Positions 16,959 through 31,325 of a stretch of 64,000 bases of DNA are shown piece by piece. Made by a program: the position numbers and the translations under genes. The notes below the pieces were generated by a model. The model ran no database searches. It saw only the letters and a program-made list of their open reading frames with translations, and was not told the DNA's origin. Source of the DNA: Eledone cirrhosa (lineage: Eukaryota); the NCBI GenBank assembly GCA_964016885.1, contig OZ024743.1:335172001-335236000 (forward strand), read 5' to 3'. How positions within the stretch are numbered: the stretch's first letter is position 1; the number at the start of each line of letters is the position of its first letter.

Positions 16959-17974
16959 CACAACGAAAACACAATAACGAGCACGAAATAACTCACGAAC
17001 AAGTTTACTGAGAATTTAAAACATTAAGATAAACAACCATATAAAAAACATGTAAATCAGACAACAAAATGCAACAAACACCAACCCTAAAAGACATAGA
17101 GAACTGACCAAGAAAAGGGGTTATATAAGCTTGATGACATTCCAATGTCTCTCAGCTCTTAAATAATCTACCCTTCCTCCACTTATTAACTTTTCAGATC
17201 TCTTACTTTTGGTTTTATTCCAATGCCCACCTACTTATTGGATTCTGCTAATCTATCTCCGCCGAAATTTTATTGAAAGTGATTCATACTGATACAGAAG
17301 CTGGAGAACCTAATAATTATTTTATTTACATAAAAAAAAACATAATATATGACAAAAAAAGAACATTACAAGAAATCCAACATTTACGAACCTACACTTT
17401 AGAATTGACGATTATTCCTCCTCTGTTAATAAGAATTTGATTAAATGTCCTACTCCCCTGCTTACCTCCTCCCCTATTATTTGGAACCCGAGATATGTAT
17501 GGACCCGGAACTCTTGAGGGAGTCGTAGGAACACCATATTGAAATACGGCGTTTCTAGGTCATTGCTTTAAACCTGGCGGAACCCATCTTGTCTTCAAGT
17601 CTGAATAGAGCAGATTTCTTCCAGAGAAGAATTGAGAGTGAAAGAAAGGAAGTGAAAAGGAGATAAAGAAGAAGAATCGGCTCCAATACTAGACTGGTAT
17701 TTTGTTTATCGATTTTAAATGGATTAAAGGCAAAGTTTACCTCACATTCCAATTATAGATACTATATTGAACCATTCATTGTCTTCACTGTATATAACTT
17801 AACAGATAAGTCAATGTAATCCTTTACCATTTTTTGGATTGTTTTTATTACAACGTTATATTCATTCGATATTGCTTAGTGAATTATTAACCTACTATCG
17901 TCAATATGTGTGACAGGAAGTTATGCTCATATACGTTTCGTGAGACGTGTGTAACAAATATTATATTTCATACT

Positions 17975-18162
17975 TGGTGGATTGGCAGAATCGGTAGAGG
18001 GTCGGACGCCATTCTTGGACGCATAGTGTTACGGCCCTTGCCATTCTGAGTTCAAATCCCGCCGAGGTTAACTTTGCCTTTCATCCTTACGGGGTCGATA
18101 AAATAAAGCACCAGTAATACACTGGGATAATTGATGGCCTTGTGCCAAAAGTAGAAACAATT
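17975..18162 (+). mobile_element. tRNA-derived SINE with 14-bp TSD
   Basis: attatatttcatac at 17960-17973 and 18163-18176. Confidence 0.9.
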
Positions 18163-18444
18163 ATTATATTTCATACATATATACGTGTATGAGGATGTTA
18201 CGTGTGTGTGTATGTATTATGTATGTATGCGTATGCATATGTATGTGACTGTATTCATTGTAGCAATACACTAAGAACCTTATATATAGTTAATGTAGTG
18301 TAGTAAATAAATATATACATATATAACAGGTTGGAACACAATGGAACCAAATTCCCTCTGTAACTTCCTCTGTCTCTCCTGCTCTCCCCATCTGTCACTA
18401 TTGCTCACGTGTTTATTATGTGCTATCTATGTATCACTAACAGT

Positions 18445-18955
18445 CATTTAAGAACGAAGGAGAGGCGGTTTTCCTTTGTCTGGTGGCTATGGCGAAAGAG
18501 GTAATATGGTGGACGAGGTTAAAAGGACTGAGGGCAAACACCTTTCTCTCCGGACAACAACTTATCCCCTTCTTTAAGTATCACTTCAGAAGGAAGGTGA
18601 GAGTGGAGTAAGAGGTGCTACACCCCAGTAAATTCGCTGAAAGGTGGGTGAATGTCGCAAAAATGGCCCGAGTGAATGGGCCTTCTCTGTATATAAACCT
18701 GTAGGTTGAGGAAGATAAACAGAGGGAAGACAGGAACACCTACAAAACGTGTTCCTGGTGTTGAGGGGTGTTCTATCCACGGGGTGTAAAACAACCCTGC
18801 AGTAACGTTACCCTCTATTTCAATTGTTATTTTATTATATATAGTTTATTATATATAGTTATTTATTAATGTTAAAGTTATTTTTATGTAAAACCCCCGC
18901 CGTCACGTCTTGTAATGTCCCATTTTTGTACGCCCCTGTGGCAAATAAAGAAAGA
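18445..18955 (+). mobile_element. 5'-truncated Tx1/L1-like LINE 3' end with 21-bp TSD
   Basis: Frame reads VFLCLVAMAKEVIWWTR...KFAERW; ends in aaataaagaaaga; TSD tatctatgtatcactaacagt at 18424-18444 and 18956-18976. Confidence 0.75.
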
Positions 18956-19714
18956 TATCTATGTATCACTAACAGTTATTTCTAGTAAAAGTTTATATAA
19001 GTACAACATAAACATTTCTTCACAAAATTAAAACTTGGTGGCCAGATATAGGTGAAATTTCTAATGGCACATGGTATATTGTTTGAAAGAAAATATATCA
19101 CTGTTTATATTGGTTGCCATTAATATCAACAGAATTATAGCATTGATTGGCCTGCTCGTTTATTCTGTTACTTATACTGCCATATTGATGGTTGAGTTCT
19201 TTATCTAGTCCAAAGTCAATTTATGTAGGACGTGTTTGCCATGTTAGAATAAACATTTGAGGCTTTCTATTAGATGTCAATAATATTCCACTGTTCGTTG
19301 CACTTATACTTGGATCTTAACTGTTAAACATATCATCAATATGTTTGCTAAGATTAACTTCCTTAGCACCGTAGCCAACATGAGTAAATAGAAAAGGCTT
19401 TTTTGTGTATAGAAAGCTAATGAAGAACATCAACAACTATCTCTTTCACTATGAACAAGGGTTCCATGAATTCCTCAAATTACACTCTGTTGCCTTCAAA
19501 ATGTAAAACACATTGCTAAGAAAACACGAGCTAAGAAAAGAAAATAATGGCTATAACTGAATATTCTTTTATCATGCTTCCTAGATCAAGGTAAGCATAG
19601 TGTGAAATAGCAATAATAATAGCAATAACAATAACAACAGCACCCCCACTCCCTCTCGCTTTTATCATTTTAAAAAGTAATTCTTAATAATCTTTCCTGT
19701 TACATCTCTCCCTT

Positions 19715-19885
19715 TTCTTCTAATTCGCCCACCTATTCCCAAGGGAGACGTGTGAGCAGAGTCCTCAAATACTCCTTGCAGCGGGTGCTGTCGGAAGCAA
19801 CCATCTCCAACTGATCAGGTTGGATCCCCAGGCGAGACCAGCCAAGCTCATGGATGGTATCCAACGATCTTACCCGGGGTTTAAC
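19715..19885 (-). mobile_element. RTE LINE 3' fragment
   Basis: LGWSRLGIQPDQLEMVASD, homologous to 53709-53927. Confidence 0.7.
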
Positions 19886-20129
19886 CCTGAAAGCGTGCGA
19901 CGACTCAAAAATGGTTGGGAGCCCCTGACTTACACTGTAAATTAGCGAGTAAGCTATTGATCGAATGACTGTAATACTCATTGCCAAACTAATGAAAGTC
20001 TATTCCTTCAGTTTCATTATCAATTAAGTATGAAGTTCGATGTAATCAACTATACTCATTCGGGTAATTTCAATATCCCTACCTACGTCCATTATCAATC
20101 AAATTGCCGGAATTATTGCCGTCTGTCGT

Positions 20130-20460
20130 TAGAATGCCACTCTAGAAATGTTCGTACTCACCAGTCAAAACTGATCTCCATGCTCCGTTATGCGTAGAAG
20201 TGTCTCGCTATTATGACCTGGTCAATCCTTCATATTGTCAGACCCGAACATTCTTTGTCTGTCCCTTCTTCGTCTTCCCTTAAATGTGCCCTGAAGGATG
20301 GTTATCGGTAGAAAGTCTCGTCGGGACACGTGATCATACTGGTAAACATCTGTCTATTTCACCATCACAAGGAGTGATAGGAATCATTAATACTACTGTG
20401 GGAGCAATGGAGGAAATTCCCAGCCGTTATCGTCTGTTTATCTTCAATTCCAATATATCT
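20130..20460 (-). mobile_element. Decayed RTE-like LINE 3' fragment
   Basis: Reverse strand reads ...TILQGTFKGRRRRDRQRMFGSDNMK, typical of RTE C-termini. Confidence 0.55.
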
Positions 20461-20979
20461 CAGTAAAATACAATATTCTTTTCAAACAAGAGACACCTCT
20501 ATTCAAATAAGTGACTGCGTGTCTAAAATAAATAGTAGTAGTAGTAGTAGTAGTAGTAGGAAGAGGAGTAATACTAAGAGTAGTAGGAAGAGGAAAAGAA
20601 TGTGATGGAGGTGAAAGGAATAGAAGGGGTGAACAAGCTCCGGAGAATCGAGATAAAGTATCATTGATAAGGTCAGGAATTCTAATGAAAGAGTTTCTCT
20701 TTATTTACAACGCTCTTGCCACAGATAATGATATTTGTCATCCCCCTACATGCGATATATAGGTTACATACTTATCAACCATTGTTTACACTCTCTGTAA
20801 ATTGTCACTGGACCTTGTCGACCCTTCACTAGAATCAGCCCACATAATAAAACAGCATTGATGCCACGACCTAAGGTTATCTCAAATAGAAAATTGTCAG
20901 CAAACCTTATCTATACATCTCAAAGGAATTACTGTCGTCTGAAGCAACGTGAGATTCGTGATTCTCGTTTGGTTTCCTA

Positions 20980-21215
20980 ATCACAAATTATTATCATTAT
21001 TATCAGCAGCAGCAGTAACACTACCACCACTACAACCATCATCATTACCACCACCAGAAATATCAACAACAAAACCCATCACACAGTAATCATCATCAAC
21101 ATCAAAAATCAAACCACTGCCAGCATCGCCACCAACACCAACAGATGCACCATTATTGACAACACTATCACCATCGCTATCATTATCATTAGGATCAACC
21201 TGGTCATTATCAAGC
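20980..21215. repeat. Low-complexity (CAT/CAC/CAA)n tract
   Basis: Directly visible. Confidence 0.8.
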
Positions 21216-21755
21216 ATGTGGTTCTTATCATCAACATTAGCTTCAACCTGCGCTTCTTACATTCTACTTTGAAAAAAACACGGACATTTTTCTTCATTTG
21301 AACATAACAGAAAACTTTGACGCCTGTTAGATGTGTTCCTATATAAGGGTATATATATGCATACACACACACGAACGCACACGCACATACACACACACAC
21401 ATATATATGATAGCTGCAAACTCTGCTAAGAGTATTGCAATCGCTTATCAGATTACAGTAAATGGTGCACCTTTATGCTATGGTCAGCCACACGGGGCTG
21501 TAACAGATCTTTAACAAACAATGCCTGTGATTTGAAGTTTTTTAAGTAGGGAAAGGTCTTGCACTCGACCAATGCCACTCTCTGAACATCGAAAACACTA
21601 GCCTCCCCCCCCCAACAAAAAAGAGAACTGGTCAACATCATCGGATGCTTCCGAAGCCGCAGGGTGTTTTCAGAGTTTCCCTCTCCTAGAAAGGTGTTGT
21701 GACAACAACTGGGGGCCTTTCACTCCCAGGTGTGTATATATATATAAATGTATAT

Positions 21756-21840
<85 letters not shown>

Positions 21841-21842
21841 AA

Positions 21843-22070
21843 TAGTTAAAAGAATAGAGGTGTAACACACAAGTTATTATATATTGGTAAACGGAATAGA
21901 AAATGCTGACAAATTGTTCACAGTTGAAAAATGGTTTAATTAGGAATAAAAGAGTATTAGTGATTGTATGGGTTAGTATTCAGTTGTGGTTTTAAGTTTT
22001 TAAGTTTTTACCGGTTGCGCATTTCTAAATGCTTTTCAAAAATAATTTTGAGATAGAGTGTCTGTGCTGT
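21843..22070 (-). mobile_element. HHR element with a degenerate U3-A8 core; second copy at 61158-61375
   Basis: Near-identical start tagttaaaagaatagaggtgtaac at both loci; minus strand at 22005-22043 reads TTGAAAA gcattt ag aaatgc GCAAC cg GTA. Confidence 0.65.
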
Positions 22071-22103
22071 TTGCTCTGATCTGATTAGTTTTGGGAATTC
22101 TAC

Positions 22104-22356
22104 CTGTTTTTATGTTAAAAAAGTGGCTCCAGCGTTATATTTGTGTTGCAAAAATTCTTGTGGTCAAAACAATTTTGATTGGTCGGTAGAGGTCATGTGA
22201 ATGTAAAAAGTTGATTTTGCGCCAAGACTGTTTTTATGTTAAAAAAGTGGCTCCAGCAAAAATTCTTGGTCAAAACAATTTTGATTGGTCGGTAGAGGTC
22301 ATGTGAATAAAAAATTGGTTTTGCGCCAAGATTGAGAAATGACTCTTTCACAACAA

Positions 22357-22433
<77 letters not shown>

Positions 22434-22514
22434 GCAGAGTGATTCGTGGTGGCAGGGATGGTCAGTAAGAATGTGTCTGAAAGCAATGGGGGGTATTTTA
22501 GCATGTCAAAAGAT

Positions 22515-22572
<58 letters not shown>

Positions 22573-22650
22573 CAGAGTAATTTGTGGTGGCAGGGATGGT
22601 CAGTAAGAATGTGTCTGAAAGCAATGGGGGGTATTTTAGCATGTCAAAAT
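22104..22650. repeat. Local tandem duplications: a ~120-bp pair and an 80-bp unit alternating with (TG)n
   Basis: 22104-22227 resembles 22228-22330; 22431-22510 resembles 22571-22650. Confidence 0.85.
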
Positions 22651-22698
22651 ATATTTTTCAGCTTTTGTCTTATACGGAGAAGTGCGTGTGTGTGTTTG

Positions 22699-22734
<36 letters not shown>

Positions 22735-22944
22735 GGTGGACCAGTATTTTTTTCCCCCTGGTAAGATGGTGTACATTATTCGATTTTTTCAGTAAAATCG
22801 GTTCTCTTAATAGAACATCAAAAATCTTAACAATAAAAGGTGTGAAATGATATTCACTATATATATATACACATACATATATTCACTACATATATATAAA
22901 TATATATATACATATATACATACATATATATGCACATATATTTC

Positions 22945-25125
22945 TTTGTATTGCACCATAGAGCATGTGTGTTTACGTGTGTCATTGTGTTTATATGTGG
23001 GTAGAGATGTGTGCTGATGTAGGTATGTATGTTGACGTGTGTATGTTGTGGGTTCGTCTTAGGGAGAAGTGTTTAGACGGGGGTCCGTATTTGTTAATGA
23101 AGTAAGATTCCTTGCTGATGCGCTGGGTGTGGGTGGCATTATCTTTAAATTTGTAGAGGGGAAAGATTCTGAAGTTGGGATGATTTTGGGCGGCACAAGT
23201 ATCAATGTGTTCACTCAGTGGTATTTTCCTGTATTCCCGTATTTTAATTTGGGATCTATGGACAGTCATGCGTTGGCGGAGGCTGTTTTTGGTCTGGCCT
23301 ATGTATTGTTCTCGACAACCTGAACAAGTTAATACATATATTAGATTTTCCGATGCACATGTGAAATTGTGTTTTACTATAAAACGTTGTCCATCTTTGA
23401 AATAGAATTCCGAACCCTCTATTAGGTTGATGCAAATGCCACAGTTGGCTCTATCGCATTTTTTTTACTGTGGGATTCGTTGTTGTGGTTGGCAGTACTT
23501 TGGCATGTGTTAAGATGTTTTTCATTGACTTGGATTGTCTTTTGCTCTTTATGATATCGTGTGTTCGTAGAATTTGGTTCATTCTATGGTCCTTTTTCAA
23601 TACAGGGATGTTCTGGAGGATGGTGTCAAAGGCCTCATTGTTGAAGGGGTTGTGTGTGGAGATGTATGGAAGAGCTTTTAGTTTTGGTTGATTTACTTTA
23701 GGGTGTCTAAGGTCCTGGGTACTGAGTTTTAGGGCACGTTGGATTCCATTGTCAATTAGTGATGCAGGGTAGTCCCTGCCTATGAGTGTGTCCTTTAGTT
23801 CTTGTAGCCGTAAGTAGCAGATGTTTTTATTGGAGACTATAGTACAGATTCTCTTGGCTAAGTTGTAGGGAATATTAATTTTAACGTGTCTAGGGTGGCA
23901 AGAGTTGAAGGGGAGACATTGCTTGGAGTCTGTGGGCTTGTAGTATATGTCTGTTTCTATTTTTTGTTATGGATCTTAATGAGGATGTCGAGGAAGGGGA
24001 GTTGTTGATGGCTGTATTCCATCGTGAAGTTAATATTTGTGTTGAGCCCATTTATAAGGGTGTGAAATTCTTTAAGTTTTTCGATGTTTTCGTGCCAAAG
24101 GATGAAGCAGTCATCTATATATCACTTCCAGGTCCTTTCAATGTGTAAGTGGAGGGTGTTTCCAAATTTGTTTAGGACTTTAGTGTAGAGGGTGATTTCC
24201 AGGTATCCCATGACTAGCTTGGCATAAGTAGGGGCTGTTTTCGTTCCCATAGCGGTCCCAGATTTCTGCCTGTAGGGTTTGTTATTGAAAACGAAGTAAT
24301 TGTTCTCCAAGATAAATTTGAGTCCCTCTATCACGAATTCTGTTTTGATGCGTTGTGGGAGTTCATTGTGGAAATTATCCAGCCAGAATTGGATAGCTTC
24401 TATTCCTAGGTTGTGGGGGATGTTGGAGTATAGGTTGACTACATCCAACGTCACTAGTAGGATTTGTTCAGAAAGTGGCATATTAGGGAGGTGATTGAGC
24501 ATATCTAGGTCGTCCCTTATATAGCTTTTGATGTGCTTGAGGAAGGGTTTGAGAAGGGTATCAATGAAGTTGCTAAGACGGTGCGTTTCGCAAGCGGGGC
24601 CTGCTATTATAGGTCTTAATTTGAGATCATTGGGTGAGGGGACATTGATGACTATGTCTGTGGCTTCCTTGCAAGCCTTACTTATTGATTCGCTTTTATG
24701 TACTTTAGGGATACCGTAGAAAAGGCTGGATTTACTTGTGAAGTCTGTGATGAAGCTGAATTCCTTGTTAGTGAGTCCTTCTTTGTATTGGTTGATTAGA
24801 GTTTTTAGGTTTCTCATAATTTTCTGTTGATTGTAGTGTTCAGCCTTTTCGTAGTATGTTTCGTTTTCCAAAGTGGAGAGCGCTAAGTTGATATAGGATT
24901 CTGTCTCCATTAGGACTACTGTACTCCCTTTATCAGCCTCTTTAATTGTAATGGTTCTGTCGGTTTTTAATCTATTTAATTCTTCCCATTATTTCTTGTT
25001 GAGGTTTGGCTTGTGTTTTTGTCTGTGCAAGTGTTGGTAAGGGAAGTTTGTGATGTGTTCACAGAATTCGTCCAGGATTTTATTTCTACCTTTTGAAGGG
25101 GTGTAATTGCTTCTATTTCTGGCTA
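22945..25125 (-). mobile_element. Penelope-like retroelement (Neptune-type), RT plus C-terminal GIY-YIG, disrupted
   Basis: RT motifs FYGIPKVHK, LRPII, LDVVNLYSNIPH, QKSGTAMGT, YIDD, LPFLD; Cys-rich linker CDRANCGIC; GIY-YIG NLIYVLTCSGCREQYIGQT; stops and frameshifts. Confidence 0.93.
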
Positions 25126-25137
25126 ATATATATATAT

Positions 25138-26581
25138 ATAAGTATGTACACGTACATACATATATGTTTACAGACGTACAGTAGTATGTATATATATATC
25201 TATACATACATGCACACATATATATATGTACGTATGGACTCACCGAACGTTTATTATAATGCTCGGTGTGTTCGTAAACAAACATCCCGTATTAAGTCGT
25301 AGTGTCCAGCAACCATCGTTGCTCGTTTGTTCAAGAATGACAAAGGAACGCTGTACTAGTTTCAAGTTTATTAGCTATTGTCAGCAGCGTAAACCTTCCT
25401 GCCAGATTGTTGAACGTATATACTTAGCTTATACATATTAACTGCTGAGTAGCCCAATTTGCATATCGAGTGGGTTAATCGGCCGGGTGGACCGAAAACG
25501 ATACACGGAAAAAATGAAACGAAATTTCATTTCCCACTCTTAGTACGGCTGTTACTTAAATATAAGTATGTACGCGTACATACATATATGTTTACAGACG
25601 TACAGTAGTATGTATATATATATACATACATGCACACATATATATATATGTACGTATGGATTCACCGAACATTTATATTATAATGCACAGTGTGTTCGTA
25701 AACAAACATCCCGTATTAAGCCGTAGTTTCCAGCAACCATCGTTGCTCGTTTGTTCAACACTGACAAAGGAACGCTGTACTAGTTTCAAGCTTATTAGCT
25801 ATCGTCAGCAAGGTAAGTATATACGTTCAACAATCTGGCAGGAAGGTATACGTTGCTGACGATAGCTAATAAGCTTGAAACTATTACAGCGTTCCTTTGT
25901 CAGTGTTGAACAAACGAGCAACGATGGTTGCTGGACACTACGGCTTAATACGGGATGTTTGTTTACGAACACACCGAGCATTATAATAAATGTTCGGTGA
26001 ATCCATACGTACATATATATATATGTGTGCATGTATATATATATATACATACTACTGTACGTCTGTATACATATATGTATGTACGTGTACATACTTATAT
26101 TTAAGTAACAGCCGTACTAAGAGTGGGAAGTGAAATTTCGTTTCATTTTTTCCGTTCATCGTTTTCGGTGCACCCGGCCGATTAACCCACTCGATATGCA
26201 AATTGGGCTACTCAGCCGTTAATATGCATAAGGTAAGTATATACGTTCAACAATATGGCAGGAAGGTATACGCTGCTGACGATATCTAATAAGCTTGAAA
26301 CTAGTATAGCGTTCCTTTGTCAGTGTTGAACAAACGAGCAACGATGGTTGCAGGACACTACGGCTTAATACGGAATGTTTGTTTACGAACACACAGAGCA
26401 TTATAATAAATGTTCGGTGAATCTATACGTACATATATATATGTGTGCATGTATGTATATATATATACATACTACTGTCTGTACGTCTGTATATATATAT
26501 ATATGTATGTACGTGTACATACTTATATTTAAGTAACAGCCGTACTAAGAGTGGGAAATGAAATTTCGTTTCATTTTTTCC

Positions 26582-26585
<4 letters not shown>
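25138..26585. mobile_element. HHR array, family D: ~420-bp units, about 1.6 copies on minus then 1.8 copies on plus, head-to-head
   Basis: Direct repeats 25140/25564 and 25811/26231; inversion junction at ~25810; TA-flanked; HHR in each unit (25348-25390 -, 25772-25810 - truncated, 25850-25892 +, 26270-26312 +). Confidence 0.9.
26270..26312 (+). ncRNA. Hammerhead ribozyme (family D)
   Basis: Consensus of the four copies: acgctg CTGACGA t agct aata agct t GAAAC ta GTA cagcgt; this copy has minor substitutions. Confidence 0.85.
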
Positions 26586-26623
<38 letters not shown>

Positions 26624-26769
26624 GCATGTTTCAGAATACTGCAGATATCAAAAGAAATCGAGGTTTCGTAACTGCAGGCCTCAGAATATGCCACAGACAC
26701 TGGGAAAATAAAAGGTTAGGGGTTTCTAAAGAATTATGTATTATAGGGAGATCCTATTTTCTCTCACTT

Positions 26770-26799
<30 letters not shown>

Positions 26800-26801
<2 letters not shown>

Positions 26802-27207
26802 AACAAAATAGATATTCTTGTGATCAATTATATTTTATTATACATATTTCAGAGGTACTGTGTTAAGTTTAACAGTACGTCCTCATCAGATAAGATAGGA
26901 TGATGCATGACATACCCTGACATAGTAGATGGTTAAGATTCAGTCATGGTAGTGATTAACATATGACAAAACTCAATATATATATCCTAATATTGAGAAC
27001 ATGAGATAACATAATACAAACAATAGAGAGGGTGCTTGTAATGCAGATTAAAAAATAGCTTAAAAAATACATGGCATAAATATAGCAGTTAAATTTTTAT
27101 TTTTAAACTACTGAAGAAAGAGGAGGGAAAGGAAAGCATAGCGGAAGAAACAGCTGATGTGATAATATATTTAATAAGTGGCTCGAAAAAACAAATGGAA
27201 GATGATT

Positions 27208-27280
<73 letters not shown>

Positions 27281-28640
27281 TAATTTATGTTCAAGTTTAT
27301 GTACAATTTTCCATATTAATAGTTGGCCGTTAATATTCAAAATATTTAATCTAAGTTATTTCAGAGTAATGAATAATATTTTAGGTTTTAAAAGTCAATA
27401 GGTATTTGTATTAATATTATAGTTATGTTTAATTTTTTAAATTCAAATTTTATGAAAAGAAATTTAAAGGGTTTACGAAACACGAGAAAGAAAATATATA
27501 TATAATGCTTTTATACCCTCACGAAGGTAACCTTTACCAAAATTATTTATAATATTGACAACAGTTTATATAATATAAAACAATAATATAATATAGTAAA
27601 TAAGTTACTGAAAATATTGTTCACAAAATATATATATAGTTTTAAAATATTATTAAAAAATATTGTAAAAAACATTAATGTTTTATATCAATTATTTTCA
27701 TTTAGTTGATATACACTATAAACATATAAGTCAAACTACATGAATCCTAATGATAGGGGCTAGATACAAAGTAAATATACAAATAAAAGATAATGAATTG
27801 TTTGCGAAACTTAAATATGCCCAATATTAAAAATATATTATAAATGTAATAGGGTTTTAATATAGTAGACAAAAGATACAATATTTTAGCGAATGTGATA
27901 GAAAGAGGAGTTAAGTATTTGAAAAAGTATTTGAAAAATAAAATAAGATGAATTAAATTATATTATATTAAGTAAAAATCATTATATAAATTCGAACTTC
28001 CAGGGAATATCAAACATTTATAACAATATAGAGTTATTTGAGTGTCTAAAATATTTTATAAATGTAAGTACGAGAATGTTATTACACTAGATAAAGATAT
28101 TTGTACAACTATATAAAGATATTATTATAGGTATTAATGAAACGGTACACATTTAATAAATAAATAATTATAATCATTATTAGTAATGCTATAATTGTAC
28201 TTTTACCTTCAGTTCAGTGGAGAGAGAGACCAATATTTGTCGACTATTATGGTTTGATATATTTATACCTAGATATATATAAAAATGCAAATCTAACTTT
28301 CTGAGACACCAAAAAGCATACTCAAAATGAGTAAAATATGTAAAATATGCAAACGCATGAATGATCCACAGTTCAATTATAATCAGTGAATTTACAAGTT
28401 AAATATCCAAATTATATATTTAAAACAGAGACAGATTAAATAAAGATCTGAATCAAAATTATAAATATCCAAAATAACCACAAGGTATGTATATTTATCA
28501 GGTAAACAAGTTATCAAAAGAGTATCATTCATTCTAACATTAATTCTATCATAAATGGTTAGAAGATAAAGCATTATTAAAGTTTTATAAACCGTTATGA
28601 CTGTTTAGGCCCAACAGTTGATAAGAGACGTCAAAAATTA
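26800..28640 (-). mobile_element. Highly decayed AT-rich probable PLE 3' portion with a terminal HHR
   Basis: HHR at 26831-26897; (GA)n tract as in family B; faint GIY-YIG-like remnants (VLYYINC..., PTIN). Confidence 0.4.
26831..26897 (-). ncRNA. Hammerhead ribozyme candidate (AUA triplet, family B-like)
   Basis: tatcttat CTGATGA gg...gtactgttaaac/ttaacacagtac...ct GAAAT atgt ATA ataaaata. Confidence 0.65.
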
Positions 28641-28648
28641 AGGCCTAA

Positions 28649-29375
28649 TTATTTAGTGTTTTTTCCTGAATTTTGCGAGGCTTGGAATGTAGACAAAGCT
28701 TTATGAAGGCAGTTTGAGAATAATTCACTTTTTGTGTTAATTAAGTTTTCATAAATAGTCATTATTAATAGAGTCTCCTTTATGCAGAGGTTGCAGCTAA
28801 TTGATATAGGTGCGTTCGTATATATTTTACTATTACAAAGCTTCGTCCAAAATATCGAGTATTTAAAATGTTTGTCTTTTAATGGCCATATAAGTTGTGA
28901 TAAAGAATTCGAAGACTTCCTATTAAAATTCGAAAATGAGAATTTGTGATTCGCAAATCTCGATTTAAATGTCAAAGAGGTTGCTCCTATGTAGTTGTAT
29001 GTGTTGTTATTTGTTTTTACTGTGCATTTATACACCAGATTTCTATCCAGACAATTATTTTGCAAAGGGCAATCTGGTTTATTTCTACAATTACATTTCG
29101 ATTTATTATTATTTATATTAACACTATTATTAATAGCATTATGTTGATCTTGGTTTAGAATTATACTATTTAGTTTAGCGATGTTTTGGGCCATATTCAT
29201 AGTTGTAGAATAAGACAGTTTAATTGTGTGTCTATTAAATATGGAGTGGTATTTATGTTGACTAGGGAAGGAATTATCTAAAGCTCTAAAAAATAGATTA
29301 GCTATTGGTGTTCTTACTGCTACAGAAGCAACGGGGTGGGGCGCAAACCATATAACTGATTTAGTTCTGGTTCTT
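28649..29375 (-). mobile_element. PLE fragment (Nematis-like): RT thumb end plus GIY-YIG
   Basis: VIWFAPP...FP...IFNRHTIKLSYS; CNCRNKPDCPLQNNCL; LVYKC...YIGATSLTFKSRFANH; CNLCIKE. Confidence 0.88.
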
Positions 29376-29418
29376 TTCCCCGATTTCTTCCCGTACAGGT
29401 GTTTGAATTATAATTATT

Positions 29419-29595
29419 GCGGTGGATTGGCAGTATCGGTAGAGGGTCGGATGCTATGCTTTCCAGCATAGTTACGTCCCTTTACAAATCCCGCCGAGGT
29501 TGACTTTGCATTTCATCCTTACGGGGTCGATAAAATAAAGTACCAGTAATGCACTGGGTAATTGCTGGCTTTGTGCCTAAAGTAGAAACAATTAT
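29419..29595 (+). mobile_element. tRNA-derived SINE
   Basis: Same family head and core. Confidence 0.85.
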
Positions 29596-29824
29596 TATAC
29601 TTATTTTTATTATTGTTTTAAATTTTGCAGTCTTGAATCGCTGTCAACTTAATGATATTTTTTATTTTTTATTTTCTTAATCCTTATTTTTTATTTGCTT
29701 ATTTTTATGTGACAGCCTATTATGATTATTTATTCTTATTTGTGTATGTGCATATGTACCCTTTTATATGTGAGTACGTATGCACGTGTGTATATATGTG
29801 TGTATGTATGTGTGTGTGTATGTA

Positions 29825-29855
<31 letters not shown>

Positions 29856-29859
29856 ATGT

Positions 29860-30668
29860 ATTTATGCCTGCGAGACCTGGGTCACATATCGACACCACTT
29901 TAAGCAATTAAAGTGTTTCCATCAGATGTGTCTCAGACGGATCCATGGCGTTCACTAGAGGGACCACATCAGTGATGTCGAGATTTTAGAAAGCCCTATG
30001 CGTGACAGTATAGAAGCTCCTGTGCTTAAGCAACGACTCCGTTGGAGTGGTAACCTTGCCAGGATGAAGGATTCTAGAATACCAAATCAAATCTTTTATG
30101 GAGAGTTGGTTAAAGGAAAACGACCGCCACATAAACCAAAAAAGAGGTATAAGGATTCCTTGAAAGCCTCTTTGAAAGACGCTAACATTTCTGCTGATAC
30201 ATGGGAAAATATTGCTGGTGATCGTAATAAATGGAGAAAGACTGTATATGAGGGAAAAGTTGCCTTTGAGGCATCTCGAATCGCATACGAGAAAGTAAAG
30301 CGGGATGTGAGGAAGAGCATTGCTATTGCAGTTCCAGACGGCTAGGGTCCTCCAATGGTGCTGACATGCAGCGTCTGTGCGAGACTCTGCCTAAACAAAG
30401 CTGGACTCGAAAGTCATCTTCGCAGTCATAAAGTAAGACCAGTGGTTGACTACCAGGCTGCTGTTGGAGATGCTACTCATCATGCTTGCTAAACATGTGG
30501 TAGAGAATGTAAATCAGCAGGAGGGCTCAAGCGACATGCAAAAGTACATGAACTCTAACCAAAGCTGGCTATTCACAGTGAATGTTTTGGTTGCCGACTC
30601 TGTGCAAGACATTTTAGATCATTGGCTAGGCTAAAAAGCACATTCGATCGCAGCGCTGTTAGTTGGAA

Positions 30669-30670
<2 letters not shown>
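29860..30670 (+). mobile_element. RTE LINE 3' fragment with C2H2 zinc-finger tail
   Basis: YACETW...FHQMCLRRI...RLRWSG-LARMKDSRIPNQIFYGEL...KKRYKDSLK; CSVCARLCLNKAGLESHLRSH; probable 3' terminus continues at ~31010-31050. Confidence 0.9.
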
Positions 30671-30703
<33 letters not shown>

Positions 30704-30850
30704 GATATGTTTATGTGTGTGCGTGTGTGTGTATATGTATATGTATATTATTATTGTTGTTGTTGTCGTTATTATTATTGTTGTTATTATTATTATTATT
30801 ATTAATGTTATTAATGTATATGTGTGTATGTATATATATATATATGTGTG

Positions 30851-30955
<105 letters not shown>

Positions 30956-31325
30956 CTTTTTTTTTATTTTATTTTCTTTTTTATTTATTTATTAATTTTT
31001 TTTTTCCTCGTGCAATGGCCATACTCGATAACGAGGGGGCAGCCTTCATGTGTATGTATATATATATGTATATATATATGTATATATGTATGTGTGTGCA
31101 TGTATATATATATATATGTATATTTATATATATATATATGTGTTGGTGTTTTTATGTATGGATATATATATCACTCACTCAACAATCAATTAAGATCGTG
31201 TTATAAAAATTCAAACCCGACTGGTCAAAGTGCACAAGCACGTTAATCAGGGAGGAGGACACTTCGTGTGGGTGAATATTTATATATATATATATATATA
31301 TATATACCATTATCATTATTAGTCC

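Noticed and set aside
20981-21217. D/G-rich 78-aa ORF
   Set aside because: Product of trinucleotide low-complexity sequence.
26620-26692. HHR-like CTGAGGC...GAAACATGCT on the minus strand
   Set aside because: Both the core and the cleavage triplet deviate and stem I does not form.
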